Source of the DNA: Mustelus asterias
Lineage: Eukaryota
Direction: 5' to 3'
DNA: 64,000 bases
Assembly (NCBI RefSeq): GCF_964213995.1
Contig: NW_027590987.1
Span: forward strand, 1-64,000
Of the stretch, positions 46,528 to 57,562 are shown in pieces (positions within the stretch are counted from its first letter, which is position 1; each line of letters begins with the position of its first letter). The notes beneath the pieces were generated by a model. That model did not search any database, was not told the DNA's origin, and saw only the letters and a list, made by a program, of their open reading frames with translations. The position numbers and the translations under genes were made by a program.

Positions 46528-47496
46528 ACTGCTGTTTGTAATATTTATTAATGATCTGGATGAGGGTATAGTTGGGTGGATTAGCAAATTTGCTGATGAC
46601 ACCAAAGTCGGTGGTGTGGTAGACAGTGAGGAAGGGTGTCGTAGTTTGCAGGAAGACTTAGACAGGTTGCAAAGTTGGGCCGAGAGGTGGCGGATGGAGT
46701 TTAATGCGGAGAAGTGTGAGGTAATTCACTTTGGTAGGAATAACAGATGTGTTGAGTATAGGGCTAACGGGAGGACTTTGAATAGTGTGGAGGAGCAGAG
46801 GGATCTAGGTGTATGTGTGCATAGATCCCTGAAAGTTGGGAATCAAGTAGATAAGGTTGTTAAGAAGGCATATGGTGTCTTGGCGTTTATTGGTAGGGGG
46901 ATTGAATTTAGGAGTCGTAGCGTTATGTTGCAACTGTACACAACTCTGGTGCGGCCGCACTTGGAGTACTGTGTGCAGTTCTGGTCCCCACATTACAGGA
47001 AGGATGTGGAGGCTTTGGAGAGGGTGCAGAGGAGGTTTACCAGGATGTTGCCTGGTATGGAGGGGAGATCCTATGAGGAGAGGCTGAGGGATTTGGGATT
47101 GTTTTCGCTGGAAAGGCGGCGGCTAAGAGGGGATCTTATTGAAACATATAAGATGATTAGAGGTTTAGATAGGGTGGATAGTGATAGCCTTTTTCCTCTG
47201 ATGGAGAAATCCAGCACGAGGGGGCATGGCTTTAAATTGAGGGGGGGTAGTTATAGAACCGATGTCAGGGGTAGGTTCTTTACCCAGAGGGTGGTGAGGG
47301 ATTGGAATGCCCTGCCAGCATCAGTAGTAAATGCGCCTAGTTTGGGGGCGTTTAAGAGATCCGTAGATAGGTTCATGGACGAAAAGAAATTGGTTTAGGT
47401 TGGAGGGTCACAGTTTTTTTTTTTAACTGGTCGGTGCAACATCGTGGGCCGAAGGGCCTGTTCTGCGCTGTAATGTTCTATGTTCTATGTTCTATG
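46528..47496 (+). mobile_element. Young 5'-truncated CR1, near-identical to 13230-14200
   Basis: Same peptide except LAFIG vs LTFIG. (TTCTATG)n tail. Confidence 0.95.
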
Positions 47497-48570
47497 AAAC
47501 ATCATGACAGAGACACATGTGACTGACTCGGCCTGACTGAGAGCTGTTATACCCGAGGTGAGAATAATGAGGACATGGGGAACTCCAGGGATTTCTGATA
47601 TCTGAGGTGTATCTGTTAGAGGAACTGAAAATAATCAGTTCCTCCTCATGGTTATCTCCAGTTCTCAAGTTACACAGACACACAGGAAAGAGATCTGACA
47701 GCTCATCAAACCCAATATTTTAATCTTCTGTTTGAGACACATTATAATCGAAAAGATCAAATATTAAAACCTGAGGAGAGATACATTCAGAATGTCACAA
47801 AGATGAGTGAACTGTCTAATTAATCCCATTCACCATAACTTTGCCAATTTATCCTCTGCAAGTATTTATCCAATTCCCTTTGAAAGCTACTATTAAACTT
47901 GCTTCTAGCACCTGTCAGTTTGTGCATTCCAGATCATATCAAGTTATTGTGTAAAACATTCTCCTTAACACCCCTTCCAATTCTGTTGTCAATTAAATTA
48001 AATCTCTGTGTCCTCTGCTTACAGACCCTCCTGCACCGGGGAAATCGATTCTCTCCATCGACAAACCCTCCTGCTGCCGGGAGATAATTTCTCTCCATTG
48101 ACACTATCATAAATCATTTGTCATTTTAAACACCTCTATTAAATCTCCCCCAGCACATTCCCTAATCTAAGGTGGATAACCCATGTTTTTCCTGCCCTGA
48201 AGAATTACATGGACTCAAAATGTTAACTCTCTGAACAGATGCCGCCGGACCTGCCGGGTTTTTCTGCTTTTCTCCCTGTTTTTCCCTCTGTAATCAATCA
48301 GAAACTCTCCCTGATTTTGAACATCTTGATCAAATAGGAACACACAAAGCCTGAGAAAGATACAGAGGAAAGGAGAGACAGAAAGACTGAGAGAAAAACT
48401 GAGAGAGATTTTAAAAAGCAGAAAGATGAGACGGTCAAAGATAAAAGCTGAGAAACAGAGGAAACAAGCAATACAGAGAGAATGATATAGAGTTTAAGGG
48501 AGCAGGCTATCAGTTCCCAGCTATGGGGAGCAGAGTCGGCATCTCCACATCAGAGCAGAGGGAACTCAGT

Positions 48571-48922
48571 GGGCGGCACGATAGCACAGTGGTTAGCACT
48601 GCTTCTTCACAGCTCCAGGGACCTGGGCTCGATTCCCGGCTCGGGTCACTGTCTGTGTGGAGTTTGCACATTCTCCTCGTGTCTGCGTGCGTTTCCTCCG
48701 GGTGCTCCGGTTTCCTCCCACAGTCCAAAGATGTGTGGGTTAGGCTGATTGGCCATGCTAAAATTGCCGCTTAGTGTTCTGAGATGTGTAGGTTAGAGGG
48801 ATTAGCGGGTAAATATATGTAGGGATATGGGGGTAGGGCCTGGGTGGGATTGTGGTCGATGCAGACTCGATGGGCCGAATGGCCTCCTCCTGCACTGTAG
48901 GGTTTCTATGATTCTATGATTC
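48571..48922 (+). mobile_element. Full-length V-SINE, tail type A
   Basis: GGGCGGCACG head, V-domain, (CTATGATT)n tail. Confidence 0.9.
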
Positions 48923-49479
48923 AGAAACTGATCCACAGACACAGCTGGTTTTATCTGCAAATGGAAACTCTGAACAGAAATAACTGACTCATTTGTAAAT
49001 GTCACCACAATGTGATCTGTGTGACTCTGCCCTGACTCTGTGGACAGATACAGGCCGCATTGACAGATGTTCTCACCAGATTGTGGTTCCTGGATTTATT
49101 TTCTGCTCAGAAGTGAGATGTGAGGTTTGGAACCGGCAGCAGAGAAACAGGAAGTTGTGTTACCTGAGAATGAAACAGCCGGCGTCAGTTTGATGTTATC
49201 ACCGTGAACAGTCTTCCTGTCTGTGAGGGTGAACTCACTCTGACAGCATCAAGAACAACCACACAGATTGCTGCCAGTCTCAGCATTACAGTCACCTCCA
49301 TTCCCATTTTAAACAATAAAGGAGATTATTTGGACTTTTAACACATTCACTGAATTGGGAGATGGACTGAGGGTCATCAGTGGGAGAAATGAGGAGGAAT
49401 TAGAGAACAAATGAGTTTTCCCAAAGAGGGTTATTAGAAAAGAGGAGATTTAAAGTGAGTCAAGGCCTGTCAGAGGAAG

Positions 49480-49890
49480 TGGGAGAGAGAAACAGAGAGG
49501 ATTGAATCTCCATCAATTAGATGTTTTCTCAGACAGTGAAGAGAGATGAAGTGTGTTTGTGCTTTTTCAGAGAGAGGTAATGAGAGAGAGAAAACAATGA
49601 ATAAGTTTAAGCAGATCTGAAATAGGAAGGTTAAACGAGTGAGTGTTTGAAAGAACGATAGAGAGACATTAAGTGACGAAGACAGTTTCTGAGAGGAGAG
49701 AGATTAAGTGAATGTGAGAGAGGAGTGAGGTTAGAGTGTAAGAGAGGTGGAAGGTAAGTGTGAGTGAATGCCTGGAGAGAGAGAGAAACGTTCAGTGAGT
49801 GTGAGAGAGATGAGAGATGTTGAGCGATTGAGTTTCTGAGAGAGAGGAGATGTTAAGTGAGTGAATGTCCGAAAGAGAGGAGAGCAGGTT
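49480..49890. repeat. Degenerate purine-rich (GA/GT) tandem region
   Basis: Recurrent GAGAGAGGAGA..TTAAGTGAGTG units with strong strand asymmetry. Confidence 0.5.
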
Positions 49891-50798
49891 CACACCAGGG
49901 GTCACTGAGAATGATCAAAATAAGGAGATCACCCAGAAAACTACCAACAGGAAACTTCAGCTGAACACATCACTCATTCTTAAATGGTCAGTCGGGGCTC
50001 CGATGCTGCTCAGCTTCTCTCTGTTCTGTTTATAATGGTTAAAGGCTGATAGGAGTGAGGTTTATTTAAAAGGATAGTGTATGGGAAGCACACATCAACA
50101 AAACTGAGAATTCTTGGACACACACTGCAGCTCCTTCTCTATCTGGGAATCAAATTGTTGTCTCATTGTCCCAGCAGTTAACAGGCTCCTTTGAACGTCT
50201 CCAGCTGCTACTTTAATGCAGACTTCAACCAATTTATTTGAAGCCAGTTTCTGTTCAATAAACCAGGACTGACACACACACACATTAAAATGTTTTAGAC
50301 TTTTTTGCATTTTTAGTCTGGAAACCTAAACCTGCCGTTTCACTCTCAGTCAGGAATAGATCCCAGTTTTACACCAATCTTTGACAGCACGTTTCCAGCA
50401 TTCACCATTGTTCTTCCTAACTCTAAACACAGTTGTAAAAGAGCTTCTGTTCCGTGTCTCGGAGCTCGGAACCATGGAAAAGAACGACTGGGACACATTT
50501 CTTACACACCTCAGGATTCACCCACACGGGGACTTTGCTGTCAGTGAAAAGTGACGAAAAAGACCAAAGTGCTGTTTGTCCCTCTCAGCGTGACCCTGAA
50601 GGACTGGGTCAATAATGAAGTTCTGTTCCTCCTGTATGATCCTCCCTCAGATTGCCCTTTCTGAGCTCCAGCCTGGTGACGTTAAACACTCAAATGAAAA
50701 AGACAAAAATCTACAACAATGATTCAATCAAATGTCTATTTCACATTTATTCAGAATATCAAACCTCAACAGAAGAAAAAAGTCAGAATGAAGATGAT

Positions 50799-51947
50799 TC
50801 AGTCCTGGATATGATTAACAGCATCGATAAGTGTAGAATCCAAACCTTGCAGTCGTTTGTGAACTCGCCGGTGTGTTAGCAGGTGGGATGACTGAACAAA
50901 TCCCTTTCCACAGACATTACAGGTGAACGGCCTCTCCCCAGTGTGAACTCGCTGGTGTTTCAGAAGATAAGAGAAATGAGAAAATCCCTTCCCACAGACA
51001 GAGCAGGTAAATGGCCTCTCCCCACTGTGAACTCTCTGATGTGTCAGCAGGTTGGATGACTGACTGAATCCCTTCCCACACATGGAGCAGGTGAACGGCC
51101 TCTCCCCAGTGTGAACTCGCTGGTGATTCAATAGGTTGGATGAACGAGTGAATCCCTTCCCACATACGGAGCAAGTGAATGGCCTCTCCTCACTGTGAAC
51201 CTGCTGCTGTGTCAGAAGGTTGTATGAACGGGTGAATCCCTTCCCACATTCAGAGCAGGTGAACGGTCGATCCCCTGTGTGGAGTTGCTGGTGTATCAGA
51301 AGGTTGGATGAATTAATGAATCCCTTCCCACAGTCTGAGCAGGTGAAGGGCCTCTCCCTAGTGTGAATTCTCTGGTGGTTCAATAGGGCAGATGGATGGC
51401 TGAATCCCTTCCCACACACACAGCAGGTGAATGGCCTCTCCCCAGTGTGAGTATATTGGTGCGTCAGCAGATCTTTTTTATTTTTAAAGCTCTTCTCACA
51501 GTGGGAACAATTAAAAAGTTTGTTATCAGAGTGAACAAGTTGATGTGTCTGCAAGTGGGATGACTGAATGAATCCTTTCCCACACACACAGCAGGTGAAC
51601 GGTCTCTCCCCAGTGTGAATACGTTGGTGCGTCAGCAGATCTTTTTTGCATTTAAAACTCTTCCCACAGTCAGAACATGGAGACAGTCTCTCATCAGTGT
51701 GAACAAGTTGGTGTGTCACAATGTGGGATGAGCGAGTGAATCCCTTCCCACACACAGGGCAGGTGAACGGCCTCTCCCCAGTGTGAACCCGTTGGTGAGT
51801 CAGAAGGTTGTATGAATGGGTGAATCCCTTCCCACAAACAGAGCAGGTGAACGGTCTCTCCCCAGTGTGACTGCGCTGATGAACTTCCAGTTGTGATGGG
51901 AAACTGATCCCTTTCCCACAATCCACACATTTCCACTGTTTCTCCAT
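50799..51947 (-). CDS. ZNF-G: 382-aa protein, 13 C2H2 fingers (one H>Q degenerate) with translated C-terminal tail
   Basis: ATG at 51947 (MEKQWKC), uninterrupted, ends [20 protein letters not shown]. Confidence 0.9.
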   Translation of the reverse strand: MEKQWKCVDCGKGISFPSQLEVHQRSHTGERPFTCSVCGKGFTHSYNLLTHQRVHTGERPFTCPVCGKGFTRSSHIVTHQLVHTDERLSPCSDCGKSFKCKKDLLTHQRIHTGERPFTCCVCGKGFIQSSHLQTHQLVHSDNKLFNCSHCEKSFKNKKDLLTHQYTHTGERPFTCCVCGKGFSHPSALLNHQRIHTRERPFTCSDCGKGFINSSNLLIHQQLHTGDRPFTCSECGKGFTRSYNLLTQQQVHSEERPFTCSVCGKGFTRSSNLLNHQRVHTGERPFTCSMCGKGFSQSSNLLTHQRVHSGERPFTCSVCGKGFSHFSYLLKHQRVHTGERPFTCNVCGKGFVQSSHLLTHRRVHKRLQGLDSTLIDAVNHIQD

Positions 51948-52899
51948 GGTGCTGGTGCCCTTGTGTTTCTCCAGGTTGGATGATCAGTTCAAGCCTCATC
52001 CACACACACAACATACACGTAGTTTCACCCTGCTGTGAACTGTGATTTTTTTTCAGGCTGTGTAACTGGTTAAAGCTCTTTCCACAGTCGGTTCACTGGA
52101 ACACTCTCACTCGGGTGTGTGTTTGTCCTGCTGCTTTTCTGGTCACACTGATGTTTAATTTCTTTGCCCACAGGCAGAACAGACAAATATTGCTCCTTCC
52201 ATATTCAAAGACCGATCATATTCAGCTCCGAAGGAACTGAATGACTTTGTCAGATGTGATGTTCGGTTTGAGTTTTCTGTCTGCCATTCCTTCACTTTGA
52301 ATATCCTGTAAAAACAGTTTAGAAAAGTCATCACTGTCAGAACAGGATAGAAACTCTGAACAATTCTAGTCTTTCTGGAACATTTTTTCCTTTCTTGTTC
52401 CCCCAAATCTGTAAATCCCCGTCCCACACACTCTCCCTCCTCCCTGCGCTGAAATCCAAACCCATCTCACCATTTCTTTCCTCCACTCCCAGTTTTCTCC
52501 CTCCCTCTCCTCTGTCTGGGTTCAGTTCTCCAGCTCCTGTCTGCAGACTGACAATAAAACCAATGGGTCTTATTGGGGGTGTTGGGGCCTCCAGCGGGTG
52601 TTTGTGAATCCTCCCCGCCCACCTCCCAGGGTTTCCTTCCTTCCCAGAGATCAGAGTCCTCATTGATTTGAGGCCAAAGTGTAACCTCTTATTTATTGTC
52701 CCCCTCCCCCATCCTCTGATGTGAACCATCCTCCAGTGGCTGAGCCAGGATGGGGCCGTTAACCTGGGCCTGTTCCCGGGAGGGAGGGAGGGAGGGAGAA
52801 GCCCCGCAGCTGCAAACCAGGGAGCTGACAATGATTCTGAAGGGTTTGCGGATCCACAAAGTGTTTCCAAATCCTCCCAGCCACCGCCTAACGCTGACT

Positions 52900-53530
52900 C
52901 CGCTTCTCCGGGACAAACAAGCGCCAAGGACAGCAATGACACTGCGCATGCTCCACATCACAATGCCCGGGCACTGATTGACGGCAGCTCCGGACCAATA
53001 GGAAGAGGGGGCCGGACTGGAGGACCGAGCGGGAGCGGCTGGTCCTCCAGCCAATCGGAGTGAATGAGAGGCGGGGCCTGTAGCATGCGCAGTGCGGGTA
53101 ATGACGACGGATGGACGGTTTTAACTCGGTAGCGAGATCAATACGAGGTAGAGGGCGGCGTGCGAGGAATGATAAATGTGGCGGGTGGGTGGAGAGGCTT
53201 TGTAAACATGTTGTTCAACCCCAAACCCCGGAAATGAACTTCCCGGTTCCCCCCCTTTGTACCCAATGGAGCGGCAGCTTGTAGTGTTAGACCCGGGCTG
53301 ACTGCCGCCATTGAGGCTGCATGTGGGAGGCCGGCAGGGATTGTGATCGGAGAGTGAAGCCCTGACGTCACAATGGAATGGGTGAGAGTGTGAGGTCACA
53401 ATGGAATGGGTGGGAGTGTGAGGTCACAATGGAATGGGTGAGAGTGTGATGTCACAATGGAATGGGTGAGAGTGTGACGTCACAATGGAATGGGTGAGAG
53501 TGTGATGTCACAATGGAATGGGTGAGGGTT
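52900..53530. promoter_or_regulatory. Bidirectional CpG promoter between ZNF-G(-) and ZNF-H(+), duplicate of 17170-17810
   Basis: Near-identical NRF1, CCAAT, GC-box, ETS and CRE arrangement. The remainder of the module resumes at 54620-54695. Confidence 0.75.
53363..53528. repeat. 28-bp CRE-like minisatellite, ~6 copies
   Basis: Unit TGA(C/G/T)GTCACAATGGAATGGGTGAGAGTG. Confidence 0.92.
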
Positions 53531-53582
53531 CCAGATGAGCTGACACTGGGCTGGAGTCGGGCGATGGCACTGACATGTGACC

Positions 53583-53885
53583 CGGTGGCGCAGTGGTTAG
53601 CGCAGCTGCCTAACAGCGCCAGGGACCCGGGTTCAATTCCAGCCTCGGGTCGCTGTCTGTGCAGAGTTTCTACATTCTCCCCGTGTCTGGGTGGGTTTCC
53701 TCCGGGTGTTCCGGTTTCCTTCCACAGTCCAAAGATGTGCAGGTTAGACAGATTGGCCATGATAAATTAACCCTTGGCATCAGGGGGATTAACAGGTAAA
53801 TATGTGGATAGGGCCTGGATGGGATTGTTGTCGGTGCAGGCTCGATGGGCTGAATGGCCTCCTTCTACAATGTATTTTATGATTC
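53583..53885 (+). mobile_element. V-SINE, diverged
   Basis: GGTGGCGCAGTGGTTAGCGC..GGGTTCAATTCC head plus V-domain. Confidence 0.85.
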
Positions 53886-54012
53886 ATTACTGTTAATTAA
53901 TTAATTACTTTGAATGAAGGTGGTCTTGATGATGATGTGGACGTGGTTGGAAGCTCATATTGGGATGAACTATTTCACCCTGGTTGTGAACAGCCTGTTT
54001 CAGCCTCAGACA

Positions 54013-54380
54013 GTAAGTAATCTCACAACACCAGGTTAAAATCCAACAGGTTAATTTGCTGGCATAAGCCACAGGATTTTGGAGCGCTGCTCTTCATCAG
54101 GTGAGTGGGAGTTCTATTCACAAACAGGGCACAGAGACACAAACTCAATTTACAAAATAATGGTTGGAATGTGAGTCTTTACAGGTAATCAAGTCTTAAA
54201 GGTACAGACAATGTGAGTGGAGAGAGGGTGAAGCACAGGTTAAAGAGATGTGTATTGTCTCCAGCCAGGACAGTTAGTGAGATTTTGCAAGCCCAGGCAA
54301 TTTGTGGGGGTTACAGACAGTGTGAGTTACAGATAGTGTGACATGAACCCAAGATCCCGGTTGAGGCCGTCCTCATGTGT
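54013..54380 (-). mobile_element. PLE 3' end (ORF terminus plus pseudo-LTR) with decayed hammerhead at ~54069-54104
   Basis: Minus strand encodes HEDGLNRDLGFMSH, then pLTR. Hammerhead core reads CTGATGA..CAAAA (conserved G lost). Confidence 0.82.
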
Positions 54381-55288
54381 GATTGACAGATCCATGCTCA
54401 CTGCTTCTTGCCCTGGATGCAGAGAGCTGAAAATTTCCATGCAGGCTGCCAGACAAATAAATGTCTACATTACTGGAGTAAAAATGTGTGGAATATACAG
54501 ACCGAATTCACTTCATTCCCTTCAGTTGCTGCAAGTCCCCAATTTCCCCAGAATGAGAAAAGAAATGGAAAGGGGGAAACATTGATTTCCTCCCAGATGT
54601 TGTCCAGAAGAGGAAGTTTCAATCTGAAGCTCATTGGACAACTTCCGCATTGTGACGTCACAATGGAGCCTGCCTGAATCAGCGAATAGGAATCTCTCTT
54701 CCTACATCAAGAGCTGATGTTTCTTGTCTCGATGACCCTTTGTCAAAGCTCTGAAACATCAGTTCTTTTCTCTCCATCCAGATGCTGCCAGACCTGCTGA
54801 GAATGGGGAGAGAGTGTGTGGGATGGAGATTTACAGCTTTTGGGGAATGAGAGAGGAAAGAATGTTCCATAGAAATTGTCTGTTCTGAATTTCTATGCTG
54901 TACTGACACTGATGACTTTTGTAAACTCGTTTTACAGGATATTGAAAGAGGAATCACAGGCCGAAATCTCGAACGTCATGTCTAGACGTGACAGAGTCAT
55001 ATTCCTTGGGACCTCAATATCATCGGACTTTGAATCCAGAAGGAGAAATGATTGTCCAGTCTGTCGATTTGAAAAGATTTGAAATGTCAGTGTGAGTGAA
55101 AAAGCATCAACACACTGCCACACTTGAATGAGAGTGTTCCAATGCACTGACTAAAGAGCTTTAACCAGTTACACAGTCTGAATAAATATCACACCATTCA
55201 CAGCGGGGAGAGACTGTAATCTTGTTCTGAGTGTGGGCGAAGTTTCAACTAATTGTCCAGTCAAGAGAGAGGTAAGGACACCTGCACC

Positions 55289-56467
55289 ATGGATAAACCA
55301 TGGAAATGTGGGGACTGTGGGAAGGGATACAGAGCCCCATCTAAGCTGGAAGCTCATCGACGTAGCCACACTGGGGAGAGACCATTCACCTGCTCTCAAT
55401 GTGGGAAGGGATTCACTCGATTATCCCTCCTGCAGAGACACCAGCGAGTTCACACTGGAGAGAGGCCATTTTCCTGCTCTCAATGTGAGAAGGGATTCAG
55501 TCAGTTATCCGACCTGCAGAGACACCAACGAGTTCACACTGGGGAGAGGCCGTTCACCTGCTCTCAGTGTGGGAAGGGATTCACTCAATTATCCACCCTG
55601 CGGACACATGAACGAGTTCACACTGGGGAGAGGCCATTCACCTGCTCTCAGTGTGGGAAAGGATTCATTCTGTTATCCAGCCTGCGGATACACCAGCGAG
55701 TTCACACTGGGGAGAAACCATTCACCTGCTCTCAGTGTGGGAAGGGATTCATTCAGTTATCCAGCTTGCAGAAACACCAGCAAGTTCACACAGGAGAGAG
55801 GCCGTTCACCTGCCCTCAGTGTGGGAAGGGATTCATTCTGTTATCCCTCCTGCAGAGACACCAACGAGTTCACACTGGGGAGAGGCCATTCAACTGTTCT
55901 CAGTGTGGGAAGGGATTCACGAACTCATCCATCCTGCGGACACACGAACGAGTTCACACTGGGGAGAGACCGTTCACCTGCTCTCAGTGTGGGAAGAGAT
56001 TCACTCAGTCAGCCGACCTGCAGAGACACCAGCTACGTCACACAAGGGAGAGGTCGTTCACCTGCTCTCAGTGTGGGAAGGGATTCATTCTGTTATCCAG
56101 CCTGCGAATACACCAGCGAGTTCACACTGGGGAGAAACCATTCATCTGCTCTCAGTGTGGGAAGGGATTCACTAACTCATCTGATCTGCGGACACACCAG
56201 CGAGTTCACACAGGGGAGAGGCCGTTCACCTGCTCTCAGTGTGGGAAGGGATTCACTCAGTCATCCCACCTGCAGAGACACCAGCGAGTTCACACTGGGG
56301 AGAGACCATTCAACTGTTCTCAGTGTGGGAAGGGATTCACTCAGTCATCCAACTTGCAGACACACCAGCGAGTTCACACTGGGGAGAGGCCATTCACCTG
56401 CTCTCAGTGTGGGAAGGGATTCAGAGTTTCATCCCACCTGCTGAGACACCAGCGAGTTCACGAGTGA
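55289..56467 (+). CDS. ZNF-H: 392-aa protein with 14 C2H2 fingers
   Basis: ACCATGG start at 55289, uninterrupted. 5' and 3' flanks nearly identical to ZNF-D. Confidence 0.9.
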   Translation: MDKPWKCGDCGKGYRAPSKLEAHRRSHTGERPFTCSQCGKGFTRLSLLQRHQRVHTGERPFSCSQCEKGFSQLSDLQRHQRVHTGERPFTCSQCGKGFTQLSTLRTHERVHTGERPFTCSQCGKGFILLSSLRIHQRVHTGEKPFTCSQCGKGFIQLSSLQKHQQVHTGERPFTCPQCGKGFILLSLLQRHQRVHTGERPFNCSQCGKGFTNSSILRTHERVHTGERPFTCSQCGKRFTQSADLQRHQLRHTRERSFTCSQCGKGFILLSSLRIHQRVHTGEKPFICSQCGKGFTNSSDLRTHQRVHTGERPFTCSQCGKGFTQSSHLQRHQRVHTGERPFNCSQCGKGFTQSSNLQTHQRVHTGERPFTCSQCGKGFRVSSHLLRHQRVHE

Positions 56468-56694
56468 TTCCAGAGGTTGGATTCTGCTGTTATTGTTTCT
56501 GCTCTCAATTACATCCAGGACTGCATTTTGTTCATTCTCACAGTTGGTCAATGGGGAGGGTCAGAGGGTTTTTTTCTGCTGGACTGGCCGGTCTCATGAC
56601 TTTGCCTCCAGTGGGCTGATGCTCTTTGAGTCTTGTTGCGAATACCTGGTTTTTAGATTTCACACGGATCACAGAGTGACAGGGTGTGAGGAGG

Positions 56695-56968
56695 TTATAG
56701 AGGTTTACAACATGGAAACAGGCCCTTCAGCCCAACTTGTCCATTCCGCTCAGTTTTTACCACTAAGCTAGTCCCAATTGCCCGTATTTTGCCCATATCC
56801 CTCTATACCCATCTTACCCGTGTAACTGTCTAAATGCTTTTGAAAAGACAGTATTGTACCCACCTCTACCACTGCCTCTGGCAACTCGTTCCAGACACTC
56901 ACCACGACCTGAGTGAAAAACTGCCCCTCTGGACCTTTTTGTATCTCTCTCCTCTCACCTTAAACCTC
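56695..56968 (-). mobile_element. CR1 3'-end fragment
   Basis: RFKVRGERYK.. and tail GGGCTGAAGGGCCTGTTTCCATG..AAACCTCTAT. Confidence 0.85.
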
Positions 56969-57562
56969 AAACTAAGAACAAGAAATGTATCGATAAAATG
57001 ATTAGAGAATAGAGCCAACGTTTTGAGTCTGGATGATGCTTCATGAGAGCTGTTATGAAGGGTCATCCAGGATTGAAACTTTGGCTCCATTCTTCACAGG
57101 TGCTGTCAGACCCGCTGAGATTTTCCAGCATTTTGTGTTTTTGTTTCAGATTCCAGTATCTGCAGTATTTTACTCTTCTGATGAAATGATTAGTTCTGAT
57201 TGGAATCCCCATGACCCTCCTTCAAAACAGAGGGAGTGGTGGCAGAAGGAGAAAAATGGTCAGGATGATAAAGTCTGGGTTCTGATTCTCCGAGCCCATG
57301 TAGAATTAACAAAATGAGTGAACCAGTTTATAAAGAACAGAAGTTACCCATCCCTAACAAAAACTGATCAAATTAAAATAATTAGGTTGAGGAAGAGAAC
57401 AAAAGAATTCATAGATAAAGTTTAAAATCAACTTTGTTTTGTTGTTAGAGAAGTTTTTAAAAATTATGTAAAGTGATGTAACTGTGTGCCAAGTTTCTTC
57501 TCTCACTCCCCACCCCTTTCGGTTCTGTAGAAAAGTTAACCCTTTCAGCAGACAGTTGATTT

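Noticed and set aside
53363-53528. 28-bp repeats resembling a CRISPR array (also 17707-17808)
   Set aside because: Units are contiguous with no unique spacers, there are no cas genes, and the context is vertebrate. This is a minisatellite.
55233-56444. Long alternate-frame ORFs ([18 protein letters not shown].. and WEGIHSVI.. repeats) over ZNF genes
   Set aside because: Shadows of the finger repeats, mostly with non-ATG starts. Not annotated as genes.
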